Shown in pieces: positions 1-9,076 of a stretch of 64,000 bases of DNA (the first letter of the stretch is position 1; each line of letters opens with the position of its first letter). The stretch is from Candidatus Krumholzibacteriota bacterium (GTDB taxonomy: Bacteria; Krumholzibacteriota; Krumholzibacteriia; JAJRXK01). Below the pieces are notes generated by a model. It was not told the origin of the DNA. It saw only the letters and a list, made by a program, of their open reading frames with translations, and did no database searches. Both the position numbers and the translations under genes were made by a program. The stretch is from the NCBI GenBank assembly GCA_963727455.1, contig CAVSGG010000005.1:128001-192000 (forward strand). Direction: 5' to 3'.

Positions 1-2341
1 TGCGGCGGAGAGGTAAGCGTCCACTCCAGGTTCGAGGCACCACCACCCGGGTGGGTCCGCTCCCGACGTTGGAAAGAACTTCGCTGAGCCGGCGACAGGT
101 CCAGCTGGACATGCCGGCATTGAGATCTCCGCAGAGAATCAACGGTACGCGGTCCAGTTCTGCCCCGAGCCATCCTCGCTGCAGGAGGAACTCGACCTGG
201 AGCCGTCGCTCGCGTTCGAGAATGCTGAGGTGCGTGTTGAGCACCTGAATCTTCGAGCCTTCGATATCCGCTTCCACCCAGAGGATGCCACGCTCTTCCA
301 GGCCCGGAAAACCCTTGAGCGAGGGCAGGCCGGCTTGATCGACCATCCGCAAGGGGTAGTGGCTCAGGATCGCGTTTCCGAACTTCCCGTCGACGAAGCT
401 GTTCACTGCATGAAAGCGAAAGTCCGTCTGCAAGCTCCGTGAAATCAGCTCCACTTGGCGCACGCTGCCCGAGCGCTCACGTTTGTCGTCGAGTTCCTGC
501 AGACAGATGATGTCCGCCTGGAGCCGCGAGAGAACACGCGCGATGCGCTGCGGAGAAAACTTGCCGTCCATGCCGCGACAGCCGTGAACGTTGTAGCTCG
601 CCACGCGCAAGTGGAGGCGCGGCTTTCGCTCGTAGCGGGGCGGTTGACGCACCCGCGCCAGTCGCCGCGTCAGTTTCCGGTCGGGCAAAATGATGCCCGC
701 CAAGGAGCGCAGGGCCATTTCGCGCAGGTGGATTGGTCGGAGCACCCCTTCCATGGGCTGGCCGAGTGTGGCTTCCTTGGGAAGCAGCACGAAGGCCGTG
801 CACTCGCGCGGTCCGGGCCCGCCGTGTGCGCCGTTCTCGGTTTGCAGAGACATGGGCTTGCCCGGTTGATATCCGAAGAGCGCCAGAGGCCCGGCATCGG
901 GGTGGTGCAGAAGGCGAAGAGAGTCGGAAGTCACGTGCTTGAGGTAGGGATGGTCGCTGCCGAAAACTTCGGCGGCATCCTCGGGAAGTCTGCAGGCCGG
1001 GCCTTTGCGCCGGAAGACCACCGCACCGTCCCCTTCGGCTACCATCACCATGGGCACTGCAGCCGTCTTTGCGATGAGTCTCGCGAGTCGCAGATGAGCT
1101 TCGTGGGTCATCTCGTGGGCGGGATACACGAATCCCGTCGGACCCTGGTGAGCGACCCGCAGGACCTTGGGCGGTGTGGGCGCAGGGCCCATCTCGACCC
1201 GGGAGGCGAGCTCGGCACCGCGCCGGCCCTGCATCCAGAGCGGCAATTCGGTACGCAACCACTGGGAACGGCCCATTTCGGGGGGCATGTGCGGCGCACG
1301 TTTCCTCTTTAGCTCATAGTCCTGCGCTTCATTCAACTCGAAGCGACGCACAACTCTCTCCACGGCACGCCCGAGATCCTCCGGGCGCTCTCTCGGATAG
1401 GGAACGGTGGGCTCCTGTCCGTGGTCGGAGTAGATCCAGACCTGGTAGTCGCGATGCTTGGAGCGGTGCGCCGCCAACCAGACACGGCGCAGAGAGTGGT
1501 CGATCCCCTTCAGAGTCCAACGCGCGAAGCGCGAATCGGGGCCGCGGCGGTGCGCATGCTCGTCGTAGCCCAGGAAGTTGAGCTGGATGATCGGTAGTCC
1601 GCGTTCACAGTCGATCGACGCTCCTGCGGTGACGATCTCACGCATGACAGCGCTGACGATGACGCGGGTGGGAACGAAACGCAATTCGGCGAAGAAGCTG
1701 TGGCCGGCCAGAGTTCCGAGGGTGAAATCGTAGGTCGCCAGTGCGAGCTCGACTAGAGTGTAGGCGAAGATTCGGACCAGGCTCCAGCCGTACCAGAGTA
1801 CCAAGCCCAGCATGCGAAAGGGATTCAGGGCCTGCCAGATCATCTCCAGGCCCGCGGTCGATGCGCAGAGATGAGGTTCGTCCGCGTCACCGTGAAAGAT
1901 GTTGGACCAGGAAGATCCGCCGCGCATGAGCCCTTCGGCCTCTTTTTGCAGCTTGTCCTCGACCGCCGACGCAGCGGTGGGGTCGTTCATACTCACGATG
2001 CGTCCGAGACTGGAATTGAAGTAGCCGAAGGCAGGGACGGCGCCTTTGACTCCGTAGAAGAACTCGGCCTGGAAACCCGGAGTGGAGGAGGGCATTCCGG
2101 TATACATCGGGCGCAGCTGCTGGTCCTCGTGGTCCAGCAGGTATTTCAGGAAGGGCATACGTCCTTCACGCACCGCGCGTTGGACGACGTCGTAGCCGAG
2201 ACCATCGATCTGCATGAGCACGAGCCCAGCCTCAGGGTGGTCCCCGCCGCCCGGAACGTATCCCAACAGGCGTGCACTCCAACGATTGCGGCTGAACAGA
2301 CGCCGTAGTCGTGAGGCGAGAATTTCCAGTCGATCCATCAT
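1..2341 (-). CDS. Alkaline-phosphatase-superfamily (NPP-like) domain fused to a C-terminal endonuclease/exonuclease/phosphatase (EEP) domain; runs off the left edge
   Basis: Not in the ORF track because it has no stop in the window. Manual translation from ATG 2341/2338 gives LMQIDGLG, GMPSSTP, NFLGYDEHAH and IYSDHGQE (AP superfamily), then ASYNVHGC, ICLQELD, THLS and LCGDLN (EEP), all in one frame. Possible indel near nt 50. Confidence 0.85.
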   Translation of the reverse strand, partial: MMDRLEILASRLRRLFSRNRWSARLLGYVPGGGDHPEAGLVLMQIDGLGYDVVQRAVREGRMPFLKYLLDHEDQQLRPMYTGMPSSTPGFQAEFFYGVKGAVPAFGYFNSSLGRIVSMNDPTAASAVEDKLQKEAEGLMRGGSSWSNIFHGDADEPHLCASTAGLEMIWQALNPFRMLGLVLWYGWSLVRIFAYTLVELALATYDFTLGTLAGHSFFAELRFVPTRVIVSAVMREIVTAGASIDCERGLPIIQLNFLGYDEHAHRRGPDSRFARWTLKGIDHSLRRVWLAAHRSKHRDYQVWIYSDHGQEPTVPYPRERPEDLGRAVERVVRRFELNEAQDYELKRKRAPHMPPEMGRSQWLRTELPLWMQGRRGAELASRVEMGPAPTPPKVLRVAHQGPTGFVYPAHEMTHEAHLRLARLIAKTAAVPMVMVAEGDGAVVFRRKGPACRLPEDAAEVFGSDHPYLKHVTSDSLRLLHHPDAGPLALFGYQPGKPMSLQTENGAHGGPGPRECTAFVLLPKEATLGQPMEGVLRPIHLREMALRSLAGIILPDRKLTRRLARVRQPPRYERKPRLHLRVASYNVHGCRGMDGKFSPQRIARVLSRLQADIICLQELDDKRERSGSVRQVELISRSLQTDFRFHAVNSFVDGKFGNAILSHYPLRMVDQAGLPSLKGFPGLEERGILWVEADIEGSKIQVLNTHLSILERERRLQVEFLLQRGWLGAELDRVPLILCGDLNAGMSSWTCRRLSEVLSNVGSGPTRVVVPRTWSGRLPLRR

Positions 2342-2481
2342 ATCCCGGTGTGAGGGCTCCACCGGGAATCCCCATTCCCGATTCTTCACTCACCAGAACA
2401 AAATCGTCGCATTGGGCTCGCTTGTCACGCACTGGCTTCAGGTCTTGTCGACCTTGCTGGGTGGAGGCAGCTCGAGCTCGA

Positions 2482-3979
2482 TCATTTCGGGAAGCGGTTC
2501 GACTGGGTTGATGGCTCCTGAAAGGAGCTTTGCGCCGGGTGCGCCGGTTCGAGATGCGTGACCATGGCGGACTGGAGCCGCTGGCCCGAAGGCTGTTCCG
2601 CCTTGCTGGAAGGTGCGTGGGAGGAGTGCACCATGAAATGTTGCAGCAGCAGCACCAGGGTTGCGGCCACGATAAGAGCTACGAGGGCTCCGACAAGAGT
2701 CTTCCACACCGGCTTGGGGTGCCCTTCCAAGAGCTCGCGGCCTTCCTTGGCGACGCTCGCGGGCCGCACCGGACGACTCACCCTTCGGGCTGCAGCAGAG
2801 GACTTCGGGTCGCCGGACGAGGGACTGATCGCTCCGCTCTGCCGGCCGGAGCGAAGGTCCTTGGCGGGACCCGCCGAACCAGAGGAAGGCGAGCCGGAGG
2901 GAGGAAGAGGATTGATGCGCGGCAGCAATACTCCCTTCGAACGAGGGTCGGCCGCATTCGGGTCGGCAATCTCCGTCGTGCTGCCCACCACCGCGTCCAT
3001 GCTGGAGCTGCGGCGCGGGCTCTTCGCGCCACTGCCCGGAGAACGGCGCGTGCCTCCACTGCGGCCGGAACCTGGGGAGGAGATGCCGTTGCTGTGACGT
3101 CGGCGCATCGATTCCGTTTCCAGGCCCATGGTCAGTTCCGAAATGAGATCGCGCGGGCCGCGTTTGGCCGAGCCGGCGAGCTGCTTCAGGACGAGGACCA
3201 GTTCATCCATCGACTGCGGCCGGTTCTTGGGGTTCTTTTCCAAACAGGCGCTGATAATGCGCTCCAGCCCTGGGGGCAGATCACGGCGGAGTTCCCGCGC
3301 GGGTCGGGGTTCCCGCGAGATGATGGCGTGAAGGGTGGACAGATCGTTCTCTCCGGAGAAGGGCAGATGGCCGGTGACCATCTGGTAGAGCAGGGAGCCG
3401 AAGGAGAAGATGTCGGTTGAGGCGGTCAGATCGTCACCTCGAGCCTGCTCCGGCGACATGTAGGCGACGGTGCCATAACTCTCCGGCCCGGTGGTCTCCA
3501 CGGTACGGCGTGGTCTCAGCGCCAGACCGAAATCCATGACCTTCACCTCGCCGCGGTGGGTGATCACTACGTTGGCGGGTTTGATATCGCGGTGGATGAT
3601 ACCGTGCTCGTGGGCGGCGGAAATTCCCAGCGCCGTGCCCAGTGCGATCTCGACGATGCGAGGAATCTCCAGGCGGGTGGACACCATGATCTCGCGCAGC
3701 GTTCGCCCTTCGACGTACTCCATGCAGATCGCGTAGACCCCGCCGTTTTCCTCGACCGAGTGGATCACCGCGATGTTGGGATGCTGCGAGTCGCGCGCAG
3801 GAACGCGCTTCGTCCAAGAGACGTCCCTGCGCCACACGATCACTCGTGAGCGAGCGGGGCAGGAACTTGAGCGCAACCCGGCGTTCGAGATTCATGTCCA
3901 CCGCGAGGTAGACCTCACCCATCCCACCGGTGCCCAAAAGGCGCTCGATTTCGAAGTGGCAATAACGCGATCCGATCAT
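2482..3979 (-). CDS. Hanks-type Ser/Thr protein kinase with low-complexity linker and C-terminal TM helix; apparent +1 frameshift at about 3787
   Basis: ORF 3434..3979 has LGTGGMGEVY, VALK and EAR; ORF 2482..3876 has HPNI, HRDIKPAN, DFGLA, GTVAYMSPEQ and DIFSFG. Removing one base at 3787 joins them. Confidence 0.9.
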
Positions 3980-4023
3980 GAAAGTCAGTGGGCATCAACC
4001 ACCGTGCCAGGGCGCCGCAGCCC

Positions 4024-4872
4024 TCATTTCCCCTTTCGGACCGCCTCGACGAGACGGGTCGCACGTTCTAACTCTATGGGTTGATACCACTTGGAGTCGT
4101 GCTTGAGACTCGTACCCACGATGAGGGCGTCGGCGAGTGGAGCCAGGCGTGGCGCATTTTGCACCGTCAGCCCGCTACCGAGCACCAGAGGCAAGCTGCT
4201 GACGGCCCGGGCCCGCTCGAAGTCCTCGCCTTGGGCGCGACTCCGGTAGAGGCGCCGGTGATCACTGCGGCGGATGCCCCGTGGAGTTCCAGGGTTCCGT
4301 AGGACGTCCTCCAGACTCAGATCCGCCGTGGCCGCGTGGCTGGCGTGTTTTTTCTTCACATCGGCCCATACGGCCAGCTCGCAGGCGCCAATCGCTCGCG
4401 CGTAGCGCAGCGTGGCTCCCGCACTGGCCTCAGCCCATCCCTTGTCGGAGAGGTGGCCGTAGGTCCAGGCCTCCGCCCGGAGAAAATCCAATCCGGCGGC
4501 CTGGGCCACCGCCGTGGCCACCCGGTGGGCCGCGAAGAGTACCTGGATCCCCACGCGGATCTCCGGCGGAGCCAGAGCGCGGATCTCGTGCGCGAGGACC
4601 GCCATGTAGGCCGGGACCTCGGGCCCCATCTCGCCCTCTCGCAGGGGAGGGAAATCGTGCATGTTCTCCAGGAGGAGACCGTCAAATCCCGCTTTGAGAA
4701 GGGTTTGCGCATCCGCCTTCGCCCGCGAAAGACAGAGTTCCATGGGCTCCTGTCCGGGGCTTCCCGGGCTAGGCAAGACGTGGATCATCCCCACCAGAGC
4801 GGGAGTGATTTCGAAAAGAAAGCGCAATTCGAGCCGGATGAAGCATGGAACCCTCCCAAAGAATCTGCTCAT
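4024..4872 (-). CDS. BtpA/SgcQ-family TIM-barrel protein, with an internal compensating pair of frameshifts; true start uncertain
   Basis: GMIHV.P.PGSP, ENMHDFP, ADVKKKH, LGSGLT and IVGTSLK motifs. The expected AVITGASTG segment lies in a shifted frame at about 4230-4292. Confidence 0.85.
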   Translation of the reverse strand: MSRFFGRVPCFIRLELRFLFEITPALVGMIHVLPSPGSPGQEPMELCLSRAKADAQTLLKAGFDGLLLENMHDFPPLREGEMGPEVPAYMAVLAHEIRALAPPEIRVGIQVLFAAHRVATAVAQAAGLDFLRAEAWTYGHLSDKGWAEASAGATLRYARAIGACELAVWADVKKKHASHAATADLSLEDVLRNPGTPRGIRRSDHRRLYRSRAQGEDFERARAVSSLPLVLGSGLTVQNAPRLAPLADALIVGTSLKHDSKWYQPIELERATRLVEAVRKGK

Positions 4873-4908
4873 TTCAGGCGAGAATCCGCTGGATTCCGCA
4901 AGTTTTGT

Positions 4909-4937
4909 TTGACACCTCAGGGGCCGGTCCAGAAGAT
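4909..4937 (+). promoter_or_regulatory. Putative sigma70 promoter of the histone gene
   Basis: Perfect TTGACA (4909-4914), 17-bp spacer, weak -10 GAAGAT (4932-4937). AGGAGG Shine-Dalgarno at 4976-4981. Confidence 0.5.
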
Positions 4938-4990
4938 ACCGGCACTGTAGCTACCTTTTCCCCGCTTCCCTTTGCAGGAGGGCTGACACT

Positions 4991-5161
4991 ATGGCCGAGA
5001 TGATCATTTCCAAGGCGAGGACCAAGGCCGCCGCCAACGAATGCAACGTTTCCAGCGACTTCTACGAGGCTCTCGACGCCAAAGTGCGCGAGCTCATTGC
5101 CACTGCGGAGAAGCGTGCGACGGAGAACGGCCGCAAGACGATTCGCCCCTACGATCTCTAG
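4991..5161 (+). CDS. Small prokaryotic histone-fold protein (face-to-face / alpha3-truncated histone-like), 56 aa
   Basis: Manual translation MAEMIISKARTKAAANECNVSSDFYEALDAKVRELIATAEKRATENGRKTIRPYDL*. AGGAGG RBS 9 nt upstream, long amphipathic alpha2, and the RA..NGRKT....D L2/RD-clamp signature. Confidence 0.9.
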   Translation: MAEMIISKARTKAAANECNVSSDFYEALDAKVRELIATAEKRATENGRKTIRPYDL

Positions 5162-5207
5162 CCATCATTCGACCTTTGTTCCGGGAGAACGCATGTGATC
5201 CCGGCCC

Positions 5208-5236
5208 CGAAGCCTCTGGCGTGGCCAGAGGCTTCG
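5208..5236. terminator. Perfect 13-bp hairpin between the convergent histone and epimerase genes
   Basis: CGAAGCCTCTGGC-gtg-GCCAGAGGCTTCG; no clear U-tract. Confidence 0.55.
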
Positions 5237-5246
5237 ATGTGTCCTC

Positions 5247-6260
5247 TCAGCCGGGCGCGACTCCCAGACCGAAGCCCTGGGGAATCGTGATCCTCCCGCG
5301 CTCCACCACGCTGGGAACGAAGGGATCCTCGGCCAAGAGCGCGGCCCCGTCCAGGTCCGCCCAGCGCGCCAGCGGCGCCAGATGCGAGGCGGCGGCAATT
5401 CCCAAAGAACTCTCTACGAAACAGCCCAGCATTACTTCCAATCCCAGACCGCGGGCGGCATGGATCATGGCTACCGCTTGCCGCAGGCCTCCGGCTTTCA
5501 TGAGTTTCACGTTGATGCCGTCGTAGACCCCGCCCAGCTCACTGATTGCATCCAGATTCGCAGCATCCTCGTCCGCAACCAGGGGCAGACTGGAGACTTT
5601 CCGAAGCCGGCGAATGGCGTCGTGCTGCCCGGCAGGAAGCGGCTGTTCCACGAGTTCGCAGCCCACCTTCTCCAGCCAGGGGAGTTTCTCCATCGCCTCC
5701 TCCTCGCTCCAGGCTTCGTTGACGTCGACCCGGAAGGGGCGATCGCTCCAGGTTCGCAGACTCTCGACCGCTGTCTCATCCTCGGGACCGCCCCCCAACT
5801 TGAGCTTCAAGATGGGCCAGCCCCGGGCCTCCAGGGCACGTTCCCGCAATGACTCGGGCTCGTCGATGGAGATGGTGAAGGAAGAGAGGGGGGTTTGTCC
5901 CGGATCGATCGCCAGCAAGCGGCACAACGGCAGCTTGCGAGCCTGTCCGACCCAATCGAAGAGCGCGGCCTCGAGCGCGCATTGGGCGGAACTCTGCTGA
6001 GTATGGTGTGTTTCGAAGCGCCCCATCACTTCCTCGAGGTAATAGGGGCTGAGTTCTTTCGGCGGGGAGAAGCTCGCGAGGGCTTCCAGAGCGCTCTCCT
6101 GACTCTGACCGTAGCGCGCGTTGGGAGCGCCTTCTCCTCTGCCCACGAGACCTTCGTGCTCGACCTCGACCAGGATGTTCGAGGCTGTGAGTTTGCTGCC
6201 GCGTGCGATGGTGAAGGGTCGAGACAGCGGCAAGTCGAGAGCTCGAGCGTGAATCTTCAT
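5247..6260 (-). CDS. Dipeptide (L-Ala-D/L-Glu) epimerase, enolase superfamily
   Basis: FTIARG, KLKLG, DVNE, EQP, DED, NVKLMKAGG and DLDG motifs; likely start MKIHARAL at 6260. Confidence 0.9.
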   Translation of the reverse strand: MKIHARALDLPLSRPFTIARGSKLTASNILVEVEHEGLVGRGEGAPNARYGQSQESALEALASFSPPKELSPYYLEEVMGRFETHHTQQSSAQCALEAALFDWVGQARKLPLCRLLAIDPGQTPLSSFTISIDEPESLRERALEARGWPILKLKLGGGPEDETAVESLRTWSDRPFRVDVNEAWSEEEAMEKLPWLEKVGCELVEQPLPAGQHDAIRRLRKVSSLPLVADEDAANLDAISELGGVYDGINVKLMKAGGLRQAVAMIHAARGLGLEVMLGCFVESSLGIAAASHLAPLARWADLDGAALLAEDPFVPSVVERGRITIPQGFGLGVAPG

Positions 6261-6452
6261 GAGGAACTCCCTGGGTTCGACTTCTCTCCTACGCCAGCCG
6301 GGGCACTTCGGCAAGAGCTGATTCACCCGGAGCGCCGCTTCGGGGCGCCGCGCGGGCGCGATTTGAAGGCAGAGCTGCCATCCTGAGCCATCGACCCTAA
6401 ATTTGAAAGAGTCCTCCCGGCGATAGCTGCGTCTCCCGGGGGAGATCTCCTC

Positions 6453-7973
6453 TTGCGACATTCGGAAATCGCTCGCGTCGTCGCGGGCACCCTCGACGGC
6501 CTCTCCGGTCTACGCGTTCAGGTAGAGGTCGATCTCGCGCGCAGTTTGCCCGGTTTCCATCTGGTGGGATTGCCGGGAACTGCGATACGCGAAAGCAGAG
6601 AACGAGTAGGCGCGGCGCTGCGCCATGCAGGCTTTCGTTGGCCGGACCGCCGCATCACGGTCAGTCTTGCGCCCGCCGACCTCCCCAAAGAGGGAGCGGG
6701 AATGGACCTCGCCATCGCCGCGGGAATCCTCTCGGCCAGCCAGCAAATTCCCTCGGTTTCGTCGGCGGTCTTGGAGCATACGCTCCTGGTGGGCGAGTTG
6801 GCACTGGATGGTACGCTGCGGCCGGTGCGGGGTCTTCTGGCACTTGCTCTCGATGCAGCTCAACTCGGTGTCGATCGGCTCGTGGTTCCCTTCGAGCAAC
6901 TCGAGGAAGTGGATGCGGCGCAAGCTACCCGACGCGTTGGGCTCCGTCATCTGCGCGAACTACCGGAGGCCATCCGCGCCCTGGAGCATCTTCGGATCAC
7001 TCGCATTGCGTTTCCCGCCGATGGCGCGGAGCCACCGTCAGATGAACTCAATCTCTCCCAGGTGAAGGGTCAGGAAGAAGCAAAGCGAGCCTTGACGCTG
7101 GCTGCAGCGGGGGGACACCACATGCTCATGGTGGGGCCGCCGGGCTGTGGCAAGACCATGTTGGCGCACCGTCTCTGCACCTTGCTTCCGGCCTTGAGCT
7201 GCGAGCAGCGCGCGGAGCGTCTCCGCGTGGAGTCTTGCGCAGGTTTGGCGATCGACCTCTCCCGCGCCTCCCGGCCACCATTTCGGGCTCCCCACCATAC
7301 CGTGACTGGGGCTGGCCTGACCGGAGGGGGGCGCCCCCCCAAACCGGGGGAGGTGACCTTGGCGCACCGGGGAGTGCTCTTTCTCGATGAAGCGGCTGAG
7401 TTCGACGGACACGTGCTCGATCGTCTACGAGAGCCTCTAGTCACCAAAGAAGTTCGCTTGGCCCGCTTGGGCCGGAGCACTTCTTTTCCCGCAGCCTTCC
7501 AGCTGGTTGCTGCCACCAATCCGTGTCCCTGCGGTTGGCACGGGAGTCGTGTAAAGCAGTGTCAGTGCCGACCCGCACAAATCCATCGCTATCTGCGCCG
7601 GCTCTCCGGTCCCCTGCGTGATCGCATCGAGCTGTGGACGGTGCTCGATCGGGAACCGTCGGAGAAATGGTGGCGCGCCTCCGACCGCGAGTGGGAGGAG
7701 CAGCTTCGTCGGCGCATTTTTGCGGCTCGGCAGCGCGCCCTTACGAGAGGTTCTTTGAACGCGGCACTCGACGGGGATGCACTGAAAGAAGCGTGCGGTC
7801 TGGAAGAGAATGCTCGCCTGTGGCTTCAGAGTTGGGCCGATCGCATGAATCTGAGTCTACGAGCCCTGGCCGGTACCATGAGAGTTGCGCGCACCGTCGC
7901 CGATTTTCGCGGGCGTGACCGTGTGAAGCAGGAGGATCTCGCGGAAGCCCTCGCGTTTCGTCCGCCGGTATGA
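6453..7973 (+). CDS. comM: YifB/ComM Mg-chelatase-like AAA+ ATPase
   Basis: LVGLP...ESRERV, LAPADLPKEG, GPPGCGKT, PFRAPHH, LAHRGVLFLDE, NPCPCG. Confidence 0.92.
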   Translation: MRHSEIARVVAGTLDGLSGLRVQVEVDLARSLPGFHLVGLPGTAIRESRERVGAALRHAGFRWPDRRITVSLAPADLPKEGAGMDLAIAAGILSASQQIPSVSSAVLEHTLLVGELALDGTLRPVRGLLALALDAAQLGVDRLVVPFEQLEEVDAAQATRRVGLRHLRELPEAIRALEHLRITRIAFPADGAEPPSDELNLSQVKGQEEAKRALTLAAAGGHHMLMVGPPGCGKTMLAHRLCTLLPALSCEQRAERLRVESCAGLAIDLSRASRPPFRAPHHTVTGAGLTGGGRPPKPGEVTLAHRGVLFLDEAAEFDGHVLDRLREPLVTKEVRLARLGRSTSFPAAFQLVAATNPCPCGWHGSRVKQCQCRPAQIHRYLRRLSGPLRDRIELWTVLDREPSEKWWRASDREWEEQLRRRIFAARQRALTRGSLNAALDGDALKEACGLEENARLWLQSWADRMNLSLRALAGTMRVARTVADFRGRDRVKQEDLAEALAFRPPV

Positions 7974-8003
7974 ACCGAGAAGGAATTTCCGTTTCGCGTT
8001 CGC

Positions 8004-8880
8004 TCAGAATGTGGCGACGATTCCGATCGCATACCACAGAGAGGATAGGTTCTCCTTCTGGAAGCCAGCGAACGGCTCTTCCACGCCCTGCGCATCGAGA
8101 TTGGTCACCGGAATGTTGATTTGGCGCGTATCGTCTTGAGGATCGACGACGTTGGACCGGTAGATGGCGTCGCTCCGGATGTTCAGTTTGGAGAAGTAAT
8201 CGCGAACTTCCAGGGTGACCGAGAAGAGATCGTCACCCACGATGCGAATTCCGCCACCGATGCTGTAGGTCAGAGCGGGGCGGGTCTCATTGATGTAGGC
8301 GCTATCGATAAACCAGTACTGCGCCCCGACTCCACCGAGGAGGTAAGGCAGGATTCGTCCTTTTGTCCTCACATTGTAAACCAGAGCGAAATCATGGTAC
8401 CACATGGCCAGCGATCCGCGCTCGAGGTCCGTCTCCAGGAGAATGACATCCCCCTGGTTGCCCGAGATGGATCGTTCGTTGGTGTTGGCCACCGATTGAG
8501 AAAAATCCGCCAGAGTCAAACCGAGGGTTCCTTGCCAGCCCAGGTGACCCCAGTTCCGTGAGATCCGGACTTGTGGGCTGAACGCGGATTTGCCCGTCCA
8601 CTTGCATGTCGCCGAACATCTTACCCTTGGAATTCCATTTCACGACGATCTGATCGGCTTGGAATAGCGTCTGTGCCAGATCCATGAATCCGATCTGGAA
8701 GGACAGTTCCCACTTGTCCGTGTCGATCCCCGCCTCGAAGGGCTTTTCGGTCACGACATCCTCGTCCAGGCTCTCCAAGTCGTCCAGATTGTCGAGATCT
8801 TGGGCCCGGGAAATCCCCGTACTCAAAAGCAAGAAAATGACAAATAGGAGCCATCCCTCGGCGAAGGCGGTTCGGCGCAT
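8004..8880 (-). CDS. Exported outer-membrane beta-barrel protein; apparent +1 frameshift at the C-run 8593-8595
   Basis: Signal peptide in ORF 8392..8886. Amphipathic strands (LPYLLGGVG, YSIGGGIRI) and terminal Phe (WYAIGIVATF) in ORF 8004..8519. Removing one base makes a continuous frame. Confidence 0.75.
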
Positions 8881-9076
8881 CGGCAAGTCTCTCCCCGTCT
8901 GACGTGAGATCTCGAGGATCGAGTGAAGGCCGGCGTCTTCGAAGCCGGCGAGAACAGATCTGGCGCATGGGATGAGGATGCATGCCAGGGCCGCTCCAGA
9001 GGTCCAGGAGCCGAAACTCCACCTCCGGCGGCCTACATAAGTACCCCAACGCCCCCACGATTGTCAATGCGAGCCA

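Noticed and set aside
455-1312. 285-aa plus-strand ORF, and similar long antisense ORFs (33790..35166, 49061..50227, 61972..63267)
   Set aside because: Mirror frames of real genes on the opposite strand.
2438-2707. 89-aa ORF as a separate gene or alternative kinase C-terminus
   Set aside because: Overlaps the kinase 3' end. A further frameshift cannot be excluded, but there is no motif evidence for it.
5041-5526. 161-aa plus-strand ORF overlapping the histone and epimerase genes
   Set aside because: No RBS or motifs, crosses the terminator hairpin and overlaps two better-supported genes; a shadow ORF.
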